A stretch of 35,428 nt of DNA. Source: an uncultured Candidatus Saccharibacteria bacterium. GTDB taxonomy: Bacteria > Patescibacteriota > Saccharimonadia > CAILAD01 > BJGX01. How positions within the stretch are numbered: the first letter of the stretch is position 1; each line of letters starts with the position of its first letter. Both the position numbers and the translations under genes were made by a program. Shown in pieces: positions 15,979 through 26,621 of the stretch. A model generated the notes under the pieces. The model ran no database searches and was not told where the DNA came from. It saw nothing but the letters and a program-made list of their open reading frames with translations. The stretch covers positions 212,887 through 248,314 of the forward strand of contig CAZSVP010000002.1 of the NCBI GenBank assembly GCA_964610335.1, in the 5' to 3' direction.

Positions 15979-18741
15979 TTACGAGGCCGTGAGGTGCCAA
16001 CGAACTTTGAAAAGCTCTCGCAAGCACAGGTATATGACACTTGCCACTAATACCGGCAACCACTGCATTAGTGTAACTGGTCCATTACCAATAAACTTGG
16101 CCAAGCTAGGTATATATATAATCGCCAAGACACAGCCAAAGCTCAAACCTATTGCACCCCAAAGGTGCCAGTTACTAAACAAATATTTGCTAAACATCGA
16201 CTCACCATGCGCAGTACGCCGTGACAACACAGTCACATACTGACATATTACGATTGTAAGGTAGGCTACTGTAGTTGCCTGTGCGTATAACAATGGGTCG
16301 CTTGTACTTACAGGTTTGTGGGCAATAGCAAACACCATCAAGAAATTTAGATAAGCCAATCCGCCAATTACTATTCCGCCACCTATTAGATCCAATATTG
16401 CCCTCGGATTTAGGATATGATCTTTGATATTTCGAGGTTTCTCAGACATGATATTACTAGTTGGAGGATCCCACCCCAGAGCCGCAATCGGGAATAACTC
16501 GGCCATGAGATCAATAGCCAGTATTTGAATAACTGTAATGGCAATCGGCACATGCAGCAACGAAGCTGCGGCTAAACTTATGAGCACTACAACCAGTTCT
16601 CCGGCGTTTGACGTTAGGCACGAAAGCGTAGCTTTTCTTATGTTTTGGAATATTACCCGGCCTTGCTGAATTGCACCAATCAGGGTATGAAAACTATCAT
16701 CTAGTAGCACAATCTCAGCAGATTCTTTGGCAACGTCGCTGCCTACTCTACCCATAGCTACACCAATATCGGCTCTTTTCAAAGCCGGAGCGTCATTAAC
16801 TCCATCACCAGTAACTGCAATAATATTGCCAGCTTTTTTGAGCAAGTTCACGATTCGTAATTTGTCAGTCGGAGAAACACGAGAAAAAATAGCCCTACCA
16901 GTATTGATACTATTAAGCACAGAGCGATCTGACATTTTGCTTAGCTGCTGATTTGTTATTAGGATTGGTTGCCCGCCATCTCCAAACCCGATTCTTTGCG
17001 CAATTGCCGCAGCAGTTCGTGCTTCATCACCAGTAACAATTGTGACTTTCATGTGAGCAAGTTCCGCAGCAGCCATAGCTTCAGCTACTTGCTCTCTTGG
17101 TGGGTCTATCATAGAAACCACACCTAGAAACACTAGTTTTTGTTCAGCCGATGCAGCATCAGTGGTCGCAGAGTCTACTGGTTTATACGCTAGTGCCAAA
17201 TTACGCATAGCTTGAGATGACATAGTAGTTACATAATCGTTAATTCTCTTCTTATCAGTTTCACTCAACCTTACTTTTTTACTACCAGTCCAAACATAAT
17301 CGCAGTTTTCCAATATGCTCTCAGGTGCCCCCTTGCAATACACAAACTGCTGTTTGTTTGACTGCACAACAACACTCATCCTCTTGCGATCTGAGTCAAA
17401 CGGAAATTCATGCAGTCTTTTTGCAGAATCTTTGTCCTTCTCACTAAACAAGCGGCTTTTGTAAGCCAGTGTCACAAGCGCTGCTTCAGTGGGATCACCA
17501 ATGCTATACCAAGTAAGGTGCTCGTCGTCTGGATCGTGGATTGACGCGTTGTTGGCCATCAAGCCACACTCAAGAAACTGACGAAGCGGAGCTAAGTCAT
17601 CGATGCTCATAGTATGTCCCTTGGGATCAATAATAATACCTTGTGGTGCAAATCCAATCTGTTCTACACCATACACCCCGCCCATGGTGAAGAAATTTGT
17701 TATAGTCATTTCATTCTTGGTAAGCGTACCTGTTTTGTCTGTACATATAATCTGTGTAGCACCCAGGGTCTCGACGGCAGGCAAGCGTTTGACCAGTGCC
17801 CGAGCCTTTGCCATTTTACTAGCAGCTTGGCTTAGTGCCACATTGACTTCTGCCGCCAAGCCCTGAGGTATCATGGCTGCGGCTATACCAATAGCAAAAG
17901 CAAAGCTTGCCTTTACTCCCAGACTGGCATTGAGACTAATTGGTACCAATATTGCTATCAAGATAAGTGTGCCTTGAGTGATGCGCTTGGCTACAAATCC
18001 AATTTCCTTTTGAAGTGGAGACATTCCACTACTGGCTTCTTGGCTAAGCTTCGCTATAGTCCCCAGCTCTGTACGCATGCCGGTTGCAACAACAACACCA
18101 GTACCAACCCCAGCTGCCACCACCGTACCCATATATGCCATATTTGATCGATCTGCTATGGGTACTTTTTCGGCAACTTCTTCAGTTATACAAGTGCTTG
18201 GGCTAGACTCACCGGTCAGCGTGTAGTCGTTTGTGGACATTTGATCTACCTGGATTAGCCTTATGTCCGCCGGCACATTGTCCCCTGCTTCGAGATGTAC
18301 CAAGTCACCAGGCACCAATAACTCTGCATCAACTTCTACCAACTTGCCTGCTCTTATTACCCTAGCAACTGGTGTCAGTAGTTGTTGCAAGGCATGCATA
18401 ATCCTGTCAGCCTTGTACTCTTGTGTAAATCCAATCACCAAGTTAATAACAATGATTGTCGCAAGTACAATCGTGGTTTGGGTATCCTCAAGGTAAAAGC
18501 TAATAACAACACTAGCCAAAAGCAGGATAATTAGTAGATCCTGGAACTGCCTGACAAATATCTTAAGTGCAGCAAAGTGCTTGGTGCGCTTCACTTTATT
18601 GGGGCCATACTGAGTGAGCCGTTTGTCGGTCTCACTTTGGCTTAATCCAGTCGTGGCAGTACCAAGTAGCGCGAGTACTTCTTTTGATTTTCTTGCATGC
18701 CAAGCCACTGACCGAACGCTAAAATCTGGTGTCTTGGTCAT
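15979..18741 (-). CDS. Cation-transporting P-type ATPase (P2-type, Ca2+/Mg2+-like)
   Basis: 920-aa ORF with TGES (LTGESSPS), phosphorylation site ICTDKTGTLT, hinge TGDGVNDAPAL and ~10 predicted TM segments. Confidence 0.93.
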   Translation of the reverse strand: MTKTPDFSVRSVAWHARKSKEVLALLGTATTGLSQSETDKRLTQYGPNKVKRTKHFAALKIFVRQFQDLLIILLLASVVISFYLEDTQTTIVLATIIVINLVIGFTQEYKADRIMHALQQLLTPVARVIRAGKLVEVDAELLVPGDLVHLEAGDNVPADIRLIQVDQMSTNDYTLTGESSPSTCITEEVAEKVPIADRSNMAYMGTVVAAGVGTGVVVATGMRTELGTIAKLSQEASSGMSPLQKEIGFVAKRITQGTLILIAILVPISLNASLGVKASFAFAIGIAAAMIPQGLAAEVNVALSQAASKMAKARALVKRLPAVETLGATQIICTDKTGTLTKNEMTITNFFTMGGVYGVEQIGFAPQGIIIDPKGHTMSIDDLAPLRQFLECGLMANNASIHDPDDEHLTWYSIGDPTEAALVTLAYKSRLFSEKDKDSAKRLHEFPFDSDRKRMSVVVQSNKQQFVYCKGAPESILENCDYVWTGSKKVRLSETDKKRINDYVTTMSSQAMRNLALAYKPVDSATTDAASAEQKLVFLGVVSMIDPPREQVAEAMAAAELAHMKVTIVTGDEARTAAAIAQRIGFGDGGQPILITNQQLSKMSDRSVLNSINTGRAIFSRVSPTDKLRIVNLLKKAGNIIAVTGDGVNDAPALKRADIGVAMGRVGSDVAKESAEIVLLDDSFHTLIGAIQQGRVIFQNIRKATLSCLTSNAGELVVVLISLAAASLLHVPIAITVIQILAIDLMAELFPIAALGWDPPTSNIMSEKPRNIKDHILNPRAILDLIGGGIVIGGLAYLNFLMVFAIAHKPVSTSDPLLYAQATTVAYLTIVICQYVTVLSRRTAHGESMFSKYLFSNWHLWGAIGLSFGCVLAIIYIPSLAKFIGNGPVTLMQWLPVLVASVIYLCLRELFKVRWHLTAS

Positions 18742-18754
18742 AAGGCCAAATTAC

Positions 18755-19345
18755 CTAAACAAAATCATTGGGTGGTATTGGGGTGGGTGCTGAAGGATTT
18801 TCTGTAGTGGGTACTGTTTGTGGGGTTGGGCCTGGTGGCGGAAACGGTGGTGGAGCAGCTGGAGCTGGATTGGTATCTATCTGTGGCACTTTGAGCGGCA
18901 TATCCTGAGGTGCTGACGCAGGTTCGGCAGCTGGCTGTGCAGGAACTGACCCAGGCTGTGCACTATCTGTTTGATTGGCAACAGCCAATTGCTCATCGGC
19001 TTGTGCAAGTGCAGATGCCGCCTGCTTGTATTCATCCATACTTGATATTAGTTCGGCTGCTTCAGCACCAAACTCTACCTTAATTTTATCCATCTCGGCT
19101 CGCAGCAATTGATCGTAATCGGGCACAATCATACGAATGTAGTTTAGTACCGCGTTGGCATCGCCTGCTGTTGCGAGCTTCTCGAATTCAGCGAACTGAG
19201 CATCATCCATGCGGTTGGCCAGCACCTCACTTAGTCTAGTCTCAAGCAAATCACCTAGGCTTGCGATCAACTGTTCACGTTGCTCAGTATCGAGCTCACT
19301 CAAGCCCATTTCTACTACTAGTTGTTCTACGACTGCTGGATCCAT
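18755..19345 (-). CDS. Hypothetical acidic helical protein with Pro-rich C-terminus
   Basis: 196-aa ORF with an acidic helical N-terminal half and a C-terminal APAAPPPFPPPGPTPQTVPTT tract. It lies 13 nt upstream of the ATPase gene, so it is probably co-transcribed. Confidence 0.55.
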   Translation of the reverse strand: MDPAVVEQLVVEMGLSELDTEQREQLIASLGDLLETRLSEVLANRMDDAQFAEFEKLATAGDANAVLNYIRMIVPDYDQLLRAEMDKIKVEFGAEAAELISSMDEYKQAASALAQADEQLAVANQTDSAQPGSVPAQPAAEPASAPQDMPLKVPQIDTNPAPAAPPPFPPPGPTPQTVPTTENPSAPTPIPPNDFV

Positions 19346-19375
19346 AAGTTCTCCTAATTAATCACATTATACCGT

Positions 19376-20629
19376 TTATGCTGCTGCTGAGCCAGTTCTT
19401 TGTTGCTCTGGAACTTGCTGACGTCGGCGATAGTCTTCGATCGATGTTACATTGCTCTGCTCGGTACTATTATTTGTTCCTCCAGCTCGAATGTTCTCAG
19501 CTCTGGCATTCATTCGATTGCCGACAGCGTTGGCAGCTCGACCGGCCAGCTCCCAAGCTCCAGCTCTTATGCCTTTACTTGCTGCCTCACGAGTATTGTG
19601 TAAGAACTCACGAACACTACCGGCTTTGCGATTCAAGTTAGCAGCAAATTCAGCTCTTCCTATACTTCGATTGGTTTCTTTAAGTAACTTATTTAAAGAT
19701 TTCGTCCGTTTCTCAAGTGACTTTTCAACTTCTTTTAACAACCCATCGCGACGTTTTTCTAGATCCTTAATAGATTCTTTGGTCTGTCTGCCGAGTTTTT
19801 CTGATGCTTTGTCCAATTTGCCAAGCTCATGTTTGAGTCCTACTCGAGCCAGAGCGTTTACGCCTCCTTCAAGCATCTGTTTGACACTTTGGCTCTTCTC
19901 ATCAAGTTTGGCTTGTTCAGATTTAGCTTTATCTTGAACTTCTTTTATTAGCTTCTCAAATTTTTGCTGGATCTCACGCTTTTCTTTCTCAGCTTGCTTC
20001 TTGGCCTCTGCCTTTTCCTTCTCCAATTGGTTTCTCTCACCTTGTAATCGTGCAGAGCGTCGTTCGGCAGCATATTTGGGCGGGGCGGGCAGCTCAGAAA
20101 GATTGGTTTGGCCTGTCCCAACAGCCTCGGTTTGTTGTGTTTCTTTGGCTTGTTCTGATTGTGCGGTCTGTTGATTGAGCTGGGATTCGCGCTTTGGAAG
20201 TGGCTGGTTGGATCTCTCTTGCGCCAAAGCTTTTTCCATAGCTGGTCTTGCGGCATTAATGCGCGCTGCTACTTCTGGGTTAATATTTGACTTGTTGCCT
20301 TGAGCCTTCTCGGCTTGAAATCTCTCTCGGCCAGCCCTGAAATCTTTCATGGTATCTCTAAGCTGAGTTGCCCGTTCCCAATTTTGCCGGCTCTTGTCGA
20401 CTGACTCATTGAAAGCCTTAAACTTGGCCTCACCAGCCATCCTGCGTGACTGTTGACCAACCTCGGCCTTGGACTTACTAGCTTTCAACTCTTGAGAGAT
20501 GCGCTCATCCATCCCTGGGTTATTCTTACTATGTTCAGCCAATCTACCCAATGCAGACTGAGTTTCTTGAGATACGCTTGGTTTGTGTAGTTCGCGTGAA
20601 CTTTTTGCTGCTTCTGGACCTGATGCCAT
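19376..20629 (-). CDS. Hypothetical K/E/Q/A-rich coiled-coil protein
   Basis: 417-aa ORF with heptad-like charged low complexity (EKEKAEAKKQAEKEKREIQQKFEKLIKEVQDKAK), no TM segment and no catalytic motif. Confidence 0.55.
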   Translation of the reverse strand: MASGPEAAKSSRELHKPSVSQETQSALGRLAEHSKNNPGMDERISQELKASKSKAEVGQQSRRMAGEAKFKAFNESVDKSRQNWERATQLRDTMKDFRAGRERFQAEKAQGNKSNINPEVAARINAARPAMEKALAQERSNQPLPKRESQLNQQTAQSEQAKETQQTEAVGTGQTNLSELPAPPKYAAERRSARLQGERNQLEKEKAEAKKQAEKEKREIQQKFEKLIKEVQDKAKSEQAKLDEKSQSVKQMLEGGVNALARVGLKHELGKLDKASEKLGRQTKESIKDLEKRRDGLLKEVEKSLEKRTKSLNKLLKETNRSIGRAEFAANLNRKAGSVREFLHNTREAASKGIRAGAWELAGRAANAVGNRMNARAENIRAGGTNNSTEQSNVTSIEDYRRRQQVPEQQRTGSAAA

Positions 20630-20668
20630 AATACTACTAGTGTAGCATAACTGGTTTACATAAGTCAG

Positions 20669-21358
20669 CTACTGAGATACGTGCTGCCAGTGCCATGGTT
20701 CGTAGATTACGCCAAGCTGATTGCTTATGGGATATGATTCTACGAATCCAAACCTCGAAGCATTGGTCTTGAGCCACTCATACTGAGGCGTACGAGTAAA
20801 TGACTCTAAATCTTCAGCGTACCCTTCTGGAATACGTGTAGGCATTACATCCATAGCTTGAGCTCGAGGATAGCCATGCTGACTGTAGCCAGGCAATGCC
20901 ACCCTACTGGCAGTTTCGGCCACATTGTATTCATTCTTCTTCAATATTTCTATAAACACCACGATTTGATAGGCTGGCGAGCGATAGCCAGAATTCACCA
21001 ACACTTGCTCACCAATGTCGGCCTTCATAGCCCTATTGAGCTCGGTATAAGCATCAAAAACACTTTTTGGCAGAAACTGCGTGCCAATTATTTTCTCTTC
21101 ATCAATATCGACATATTTTTGGCCAGTGATTCTCACCAGGTCACTTGGTGCATCACTGATACCCAAAAACCCCCCTTTAAACCCGTAGTCGCGCGGCTTC
21201 AGCTTGAGTAGCTTCTTGACCACGACCACTTCTGACTTGGTAAGTAAAGCATAAAGATCATCGAAGCTCATGATGCGTAAATCCATTTCGTTACGCCTTG
21301 CTTTAAGTTTTTCGATAATAGCTGATATATGCTCTCGATCAGTGGCTGAAACAATCAT
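20669..21358 (-). CDS. VanY / peptidase M15B-family D-alanyl-D-alanine carboxypeptidase
   Basis: Motifs SGYRSPAYQ, GYSQHG...AMDV and YEPWHWQH. The track ORF (to 21490) reads through tRNA-Ala and its terminator. The start is therefore placed at ATG 21356-21358, 6 nt downstream of a TATAAT box. Confidence 0.85.
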   Translation of the reverse strand: MIVSATDREHISAIIEKLKARRNEMDLRIMSFDDLYALLTKSEVVVVKKLLKLKPRDYGFKGGFLGISDAPSDLVRITGQKYVDIDEEKIIGTQFLPKSVFDAYTELNRAMKADIGEQVLVNSGYRSPAYQIVVFIEILKKNEYNVAETASRVALPGYSQHGYPRAQAMDVMPTRIPEGYAEDLESFTRTPQYEWLKTNASRFGFVESYPISNQLGVIYEPWHWQHVSQ

Positions 21359-21364
21359 ACCTAC

Positions 21365-21370
21365 ATTATA
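21365..21370 (-). promoter_or_regulatory. -10 box TATAAT, 6 nt upstream of the VanY-like ATG (leaderless-type)
   Basis: The minus strand reads gacTATAATgtaggtATG, directly after the tRNA terminator. Confidence 0.5.
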
Positions 21371-21382
21371 GTCACAAACCAT

Positions 21383-21409
21383 AAAAAAACCCGCCATAGT
21401 TGGCGGGTT
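21383..21409 (-). terminator. Rho-independent terminator after tRNA-Ala
   Basis: The minus strand reads AACCCGCC-aactat-GGCGGGTT followed by TTTTTTTA. Confidence 0.8.
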
Positions 21410-21420
21410 CAAATAATAAC

Positions 21421-21496
21421 TGGTGGAGCATGCCGGGTTCGAACCGGCGACCTCATCCATGCCATGGATGCGCGCTACCAACTGCGCCAATGCCCC
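21421..21496 (-). tRNA. tRNA-Ala (anticodon GGC), CCA encoded
   Basis: The reverse complement folds as a 76-nt cloverleaf. Acceptor GGGGCAT/ATGCTCC contains G3:U70. D arm GCGC-AGTTGGTA-GCGC. Anticodon arm CATCC-AT GGC AT-GGATG. Variable loop AGGTC. T arm GCCGG-TTCGAAC-CCGGC. The 3' end is ACCA. Confidence 0.93.
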
Positions 21497-21519
21497 AAAA
21501 TCTCTTAAATTAAGCTCAA

Positions 21520-21548
21520 ATTATAACAATTTAACCTGGAATAATCAA
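21520..21548 (-). promoter_or_regulatory. Sigma70-type promoter TTGATT-17-TATAAT for tRNA-Ala
   Basis: The minus strand reads TTGATT attccaggttaaattgt TATAAT, with the -10 box 23 nt upstream of the mature tRNA 5' end. Confidence 0.6.
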
Positions 21549-21550
21549 TT

Positions 21551-21772
21551 CTAAAGAACTTTGAAGATCATGCTTACTAGATAAACTATTAGTATCACTA
21601 TCAGGCTAGCAGCAGCAAAACCAACAAAGAATCCAAACCCTAGTCGAAAACCATCTCGATAGGTAAGTTTGGCGCCACGCTCAACATCTTTGCGATCGAT
21701 ATCACCGCTTGTTTTGATCTCCTCGGCAAAGAACTCATCGGCCGACTTGGTTTTGCGTTTGTTCATAACCAC
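21551..21772 (-). CDS. Small membrane protein (hypothetical)
   Basis: 73-aa ORF with a charged N-terminal half and a C-terminal TM helix (GFGFFVGFAAASLIVILIVYLVSMIF). It lies 2 nt after the methyltransferase stop. Confidence 0.5.
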   Translation of the reverse strand: MVMNKRKTKSADEFFAEEIKTSGDIDRKDVERGAKLTYRDGFRLGFGFFVGFAAASLIVILIVYLVSMIFKVL

Positions 21773-21774
21773 TA

Positions 21775-23633
<1,859 letters not shown>

Positions 23634-23660
23634 TCATCACTGATCCTGATACGACCAACC

Positions 23661-23688
23661 AAAAACTCCCCTTTTCGGGGAGTTTTTT
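23661..23688. terminator. Bidirectional Rho-independent terminator
   Basis: AAAAACTCCCC-ttttc-GGGGAGTTTTTT: a GC core flanked by an A-tract and a T-tract. On the minus strand it follows the LysM-CHAP gene stop. Confidence 0.8.
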
Positions 23689-23716
23689 AGATATCTCGAC
23701 AACTCGAGATGACAAG

Positions 23717-24883
23717 TTAGTAAATATAGAGGAAGTGAGAGGCAGGTGTAGTACGGTAACTACGTCGTCCCCAACCACCACCGTTGGCCCAGAAGTTCAT
23801 CTCGGAAACAGTTACAGTACCGTCACCATTGACTGATTCTACATAAGCTACGTGGTTGCTTCGCTCCCAGGCCACAGCACCTACACGAGGTGCACTACCA
23901 GTACCATAGCCACTTCGTTGAGCAGCACCATACCAAGTGTAAGCATTACCCCAGTTCCCAGGTACAGATCGGCGACTGGCTACATACCAAGTACAGTAAC
24001 CGTAGGCGTAAGAGTTACCAAAACTACCTGCACCAGAGAAACCTGGCACGGTAAAGGCAGTATTACCACCATTGCCTACTGGTGTAGTAGTGGTGATACG
24101 AGCCGTCACAGCTGCTGGTACTGCAACTTTTACACCATCTGGCACTATCAGTTTGGTACCTGCTGCTGGCAACTTGCCACTTAAGCCATTGAAACTCTCA
24201 ATAAGACTTGCTGTGGCTTGATATCGTCCAGCAATGTTATCTAGATTATCACTTTCGCTAACTGTATGAATAATGCCGTTGACTGGCAGTATAGTAAGCT
24301 CAGTACCTGGCTTGATACTGTTTTCATCTTCAATACCGTTGGCCCACTTGATAGTATCAGTGGTGATGCTAAATTTCTGGCTAAGTGAGCCCAGTGTATC
24401 ACCATCTTTTACCTTGTAGACCATAACATCACGGCTTGGTGCTCCAGAAGCTAGCACTGGTGTTTTCTTACTCAAGAAGTCGTCACCAGCAGTAGCCAAA
24501 CCACTACCAGTAGCGTCTTTGGCCTTACTACTTACTTCACGACCCAGCACACTGTCGTTGTTGTCAGACAGCAAAGCACTCGCTGCAATCAGCGAGGTGT
24601 CGTCAGAAGATGATTTTTTGCTAAGTCCGCTAGCTTGAGAGTTAACGGCTCCAGATACAACACAAATAGCCACACCAGCTATAAGAGCAGCATGCAGGCT
24701 ATAACGCAACAGACCGTTGCGTGATTTCAAACGACCAACAATCGAACTGGCACGACCTGTTTTGGTCGATTCTTTCGAAAGATTGTTTGAGACTATGGTC
24801 TCACTCGTTTGTGTTTTTGTTTGCGAAAAGCTTTGTGTCTGCCCCACGCTCGAGAAATTCTCTCGGCGCACTTGTAGAGGCAA
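23717..24883 (-). CDS. Secreted peptidoglycan hydrolase: signal anchor, 2x LysM, C-terminal CHAP domain
   Basis: Two LysM repeats (YKVKDGDTLGSLSQKF...IKPGTELTILP; HTVSESDNLDNIAGRY...LPAAGTKLIVP). The CHAP-like C-terminus has a Cys region (YGYCTWYVASRR) and a His region (NHVAYVESV). The track start is TTG, and an in-frame ATT 6 nt after GGAAGGAG is an alternative, so the start is uncertain. Confidence 0.85.
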   Translation of the reverse strand: MPLQVRRENFSSVGQTQSFSQTKTQTSETIVSNNLSKESTKTGRASSIVGRLKSRNGLLRYSLHAALIAGVAICVVSGAVNSQASGLSKKSSSDDTSLIAASALLSDNNDSVLGREVSSKAKDATGSGLATAGDDFLSKKTPVLASGAPSRDVMVYKVKDGDTLGSLSQKFSITTDTIKWANGIEDENSIKPGTELTILPVNGIIHTVSESDNLDNIAGRYQATASLIESFNGLSGKLPAAGTKLIVPDGVKVAVPAAVTARITTTTPVGNGGNTAFTVPGFSGAGSFGNSYAYGYCTWYVASRRSVPGNWGNAYTWYGAAQRSGYGTGSAPRVGAVAWERSNHVAYVESVNGDGTVTVSEMNFWANGGGWGRRSYRTTPASHFLYIY

Positions 24884-25100
24884 TCCCAGGACTTTTCTGC
24901 TAATAAAGTTCTCCTTCCAGGCTTATATTGCCTAGAAACTGTCTGTGGCTTATCCTTCTCCCAACATGAATCGGGACCGGGGGATTCGACCTAAGAATAG
25001 TTTAGTCCCCTTAACACTGATAAGGTATCACAGGCACACTACACACCGATAAACGCATCTGTTGTAATCTGATAAAGCGCTTATCCTTTGTAATGGTACG
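24884..25100 (-). promoter_or_regulatory. Structured ~215-nt 5' leader of the LysM-CHAP hydrolase; possible ydaO-type (c-di-AMP) riboswitch relative
   Basis: Long untranslated leader downstream of the promoter at 25107-25135. It contains AAGGGGAC, GGUCGAAUCCCCC and CCCGAUUC elements and nested hairpins. These include GGGGA...UCCCC and CUAGGC-aauauaa-GCCUGG, the latter abutting the SD GGAAGGAG. Confidence 0.3.
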
Positions 25101-25106
25101 CTCACG

Positions 25107-25135
25107 AGTGTATCACGCACCAAAATAGCCGTCAA
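25107..25135 (-). promoter_or_regulatory. Sigma70-type promoter TTGACG-17-TACACT
   Basis: The minus strand reads TTGACG gctattttggtgcgtga TACACT, ~35 nt after the mltG stop. Confidence 0.55.
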
Positions 25136-25168
25136 GCACAGCTTTTTGGCTCTATATAGACTATAAAC

Positions 25169-26248
25169 TTAGTTTTCCAGGTACTTTCGGATGTTTTGCT
25201 GGTGTTCAGATAGCGTTTTGGCGAAATGTAGGTTACCTTGCTTGTCCGCCAGGAAGAATATGTAGTCATTGGTAGTGGGATGAAGAACAGCCTCAATCGA
25301 TTCCGCACCTGGATTGTTGATTGGCGATGGCGGTAAGCCGACTATCTTATAGGTGTTATAAGGAGAGTTTATTAGCACATCTTGAGGTGTGGTATTGGTA
25401 CGGCCTGTCGCATAGTTGACCGTAACATCACTCTCGAGCTTCATACCACGGCTCAGACGATTCAGGAAGACCCCAGCGACCATTTTGCGGTCTGCCTCAG
25501 TAGTACCCTCTCTTTCCACAATCGAGGCTAATGTTAGCACTTGATATGGTGTTAGGCCACCTGGAGCAGGAGTACCAACCAACAGTGACCAATTCTGCTT
25601 CTGAAAGCTACTCAGCATAGTATTGACCACCTTCTCTGTAGTGTCATCCACACCCACCTTATAAGTAGCGGGCTGCAATAGGCCTTCAACAGTTGCAGTG
25701 GCACCAGTTGATTGTACAAACGGCGTTCCTAGCTGGGCTTGGGCTACTCGAACAAAGTCTTCTGCGCTACCAAGCCCAAGTTTGGCGTAGCGGGCTGCTA
25801 TATCACGAACAGTATAACCCTCGGGAACAACTAGCTGTACTTGAGCGAACTGGCCCAATGCCAGCTGATCGGCTAAGTTTGGTATATTCTGATCTGCGCT
25901 CATTAGGTAAGTACCAGACTGTAATTTATTGCGCTGACCCGTAATAGTGACATAGCTGGTAAACAACCAGCCACTACGTACCAGCTTCTTTTGTTCAAGC
26001 AATGCACCGATGTCTTCAGCAGTAGAGTTCTTGGCTATCTGGACACGTTGTTTTTGGGTATCGGCCGGGCTCAAGGGTAGATACAACAAGGCCATAATTG
26101 TAACAAGAACAATTGTCAGAACAACAAATGTACCACCTATTATCAGATAAATTCTGGAAGGTTGCTTGGTTTTGAACTTGGCCTGCAGTTTATTTGGTGC
26201 GTTCTTGAAGGTAGTCTTGGAGAATGATTTTTGCGGCATATTGATCAA
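25169..26248 (-). CDS. mltG: Endolytic murein transglycosylase MltG (YceG-like)
   Basis: 359-aa ORF with an N-terminal TM anchor and YceG motifs (LVVPEGYTVRDIA; LASIVEREG; NSPYNTYKIVGLPPSPINNPG). Its 5' end overlaps the ruvX 3' end by ~50-59 nt. Confidence 0.88.
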   Translation of the reverse strand: MINMPQKSFSKTTFKNAPNKLQAKFKTKQPSRIYLIIGGTFVVLTIVLVTIMALLYLPLSPADTQKQRVQIAKNSTAEDIGALLEQKKLVRSGWLFTSYVTITGQRNKLQSGTYLMSADQNIPNLADQLALGQFAQVQLVVPEGYTVRDIAARYAKLGLGSAEDFVRVAQAQLGTPFVQSTGATATVEGLLQPATYKVGVDDTTEKVVNTMLSSFQKQNWSLLVGTPAPGGLTPYQVLTLASIVEREGTTEADRKMVAGVFLNRLSRGMKLESDVTVNYATGRTNTTPQDVLINSPYNTYKIVGLPPSPINNPGAESIEAVLHPTTNDYIFFLADKQGNLHFAKTLSEHQQNIRKYLEN

Positions 26249-26621
26249 TCATGGCACGTTGTTTACGCAACGGCAATCCTTTTGGTAAAAGTTGTTGGGC
26301 ACGGTTGGAACTATCAAATTCATCAACTAACACCACTGGTAGTTTGGTGTGTTGTTGCAATCGTTTGGCAAACAACTCAACAGTTGTGGTCTGGCTAGTT
26401 TTCTCAGCATCAGTATTGCGCGGCCAACCCAACACTATCAGATCTGGCTGAAAGCGACGTAGTAAAGCTCGTAGCGACGTCCAGAACTGATCATCTTGAT
26501 CGACAGTAGAAACTACTTCTACCTGATCTGTACCTGACGCTTTAATTGCCACGCCGACTCGTTTACTGCCATAGTCCAAAGCCAGAATGGTAGTACTAAG
26601 CTTACTGCTCGGTCGAGACAT
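26190..26621 (-). CDS. ruvX: Holliday-junction resolvase-like nuclease RuvX/YqgF
   Basis: 143-aa ORF with ILALDYGSKRVGVA near the N-terminus and DEFDSS...AAKIILQDYL at the C-terminus. Confidence 0.88.
   Translation of the reverse strand: MSRPSSKLSTTILALDYGSKRVGVAIKASGTDQVEVVSTVDQDDQFWTSLRALLRRFQPDLIVLGWPRNTDAEKTSQTTTVELFAKRLQQHTKLPVVLVDEFDSSNRAQQLLPKGLPLRKQRAMIDQYAAKIILQDYLQERTK

Noticed and set aside
1359-20256. Shadow ORFs overlapping well-supported genes. Examples: 1359-1556 (-), 1502-1795 (+), 3360-3677 (+), 6283-6552 (-), 11866-12096 (-), 15768-16040 (-), 19452-19937 (+), 19948-20256 (-), and many 60-110-aa + strand ORFs.
   Set aside because: All lie inside or antisense to genes with clear family motifs. 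They have low-complexity or Ser/Leu/Cys-rich translations and no SD or promoter support.
21359-21490. N-terminal 44 residues of track ORF 20669-21490.
   Set aside because: This part translates straight through tRNA-Ala (21421-21496) and its terminator (giving MAQLVARIHGMDEVAGSNPA...). The real CDS starts at 21358, behind its own TATAAT box.
24961-24995. tRNA/tmRNA-like T-arm (ccgGGGGATTCGACCt, or on the minus strand GGTCGAATCCCCC).
   Set aside because: There is no acceptor stem, D-arm, anticodon arm or CCA context on either strand. It is better explained as part of the structured hydrolase leader.
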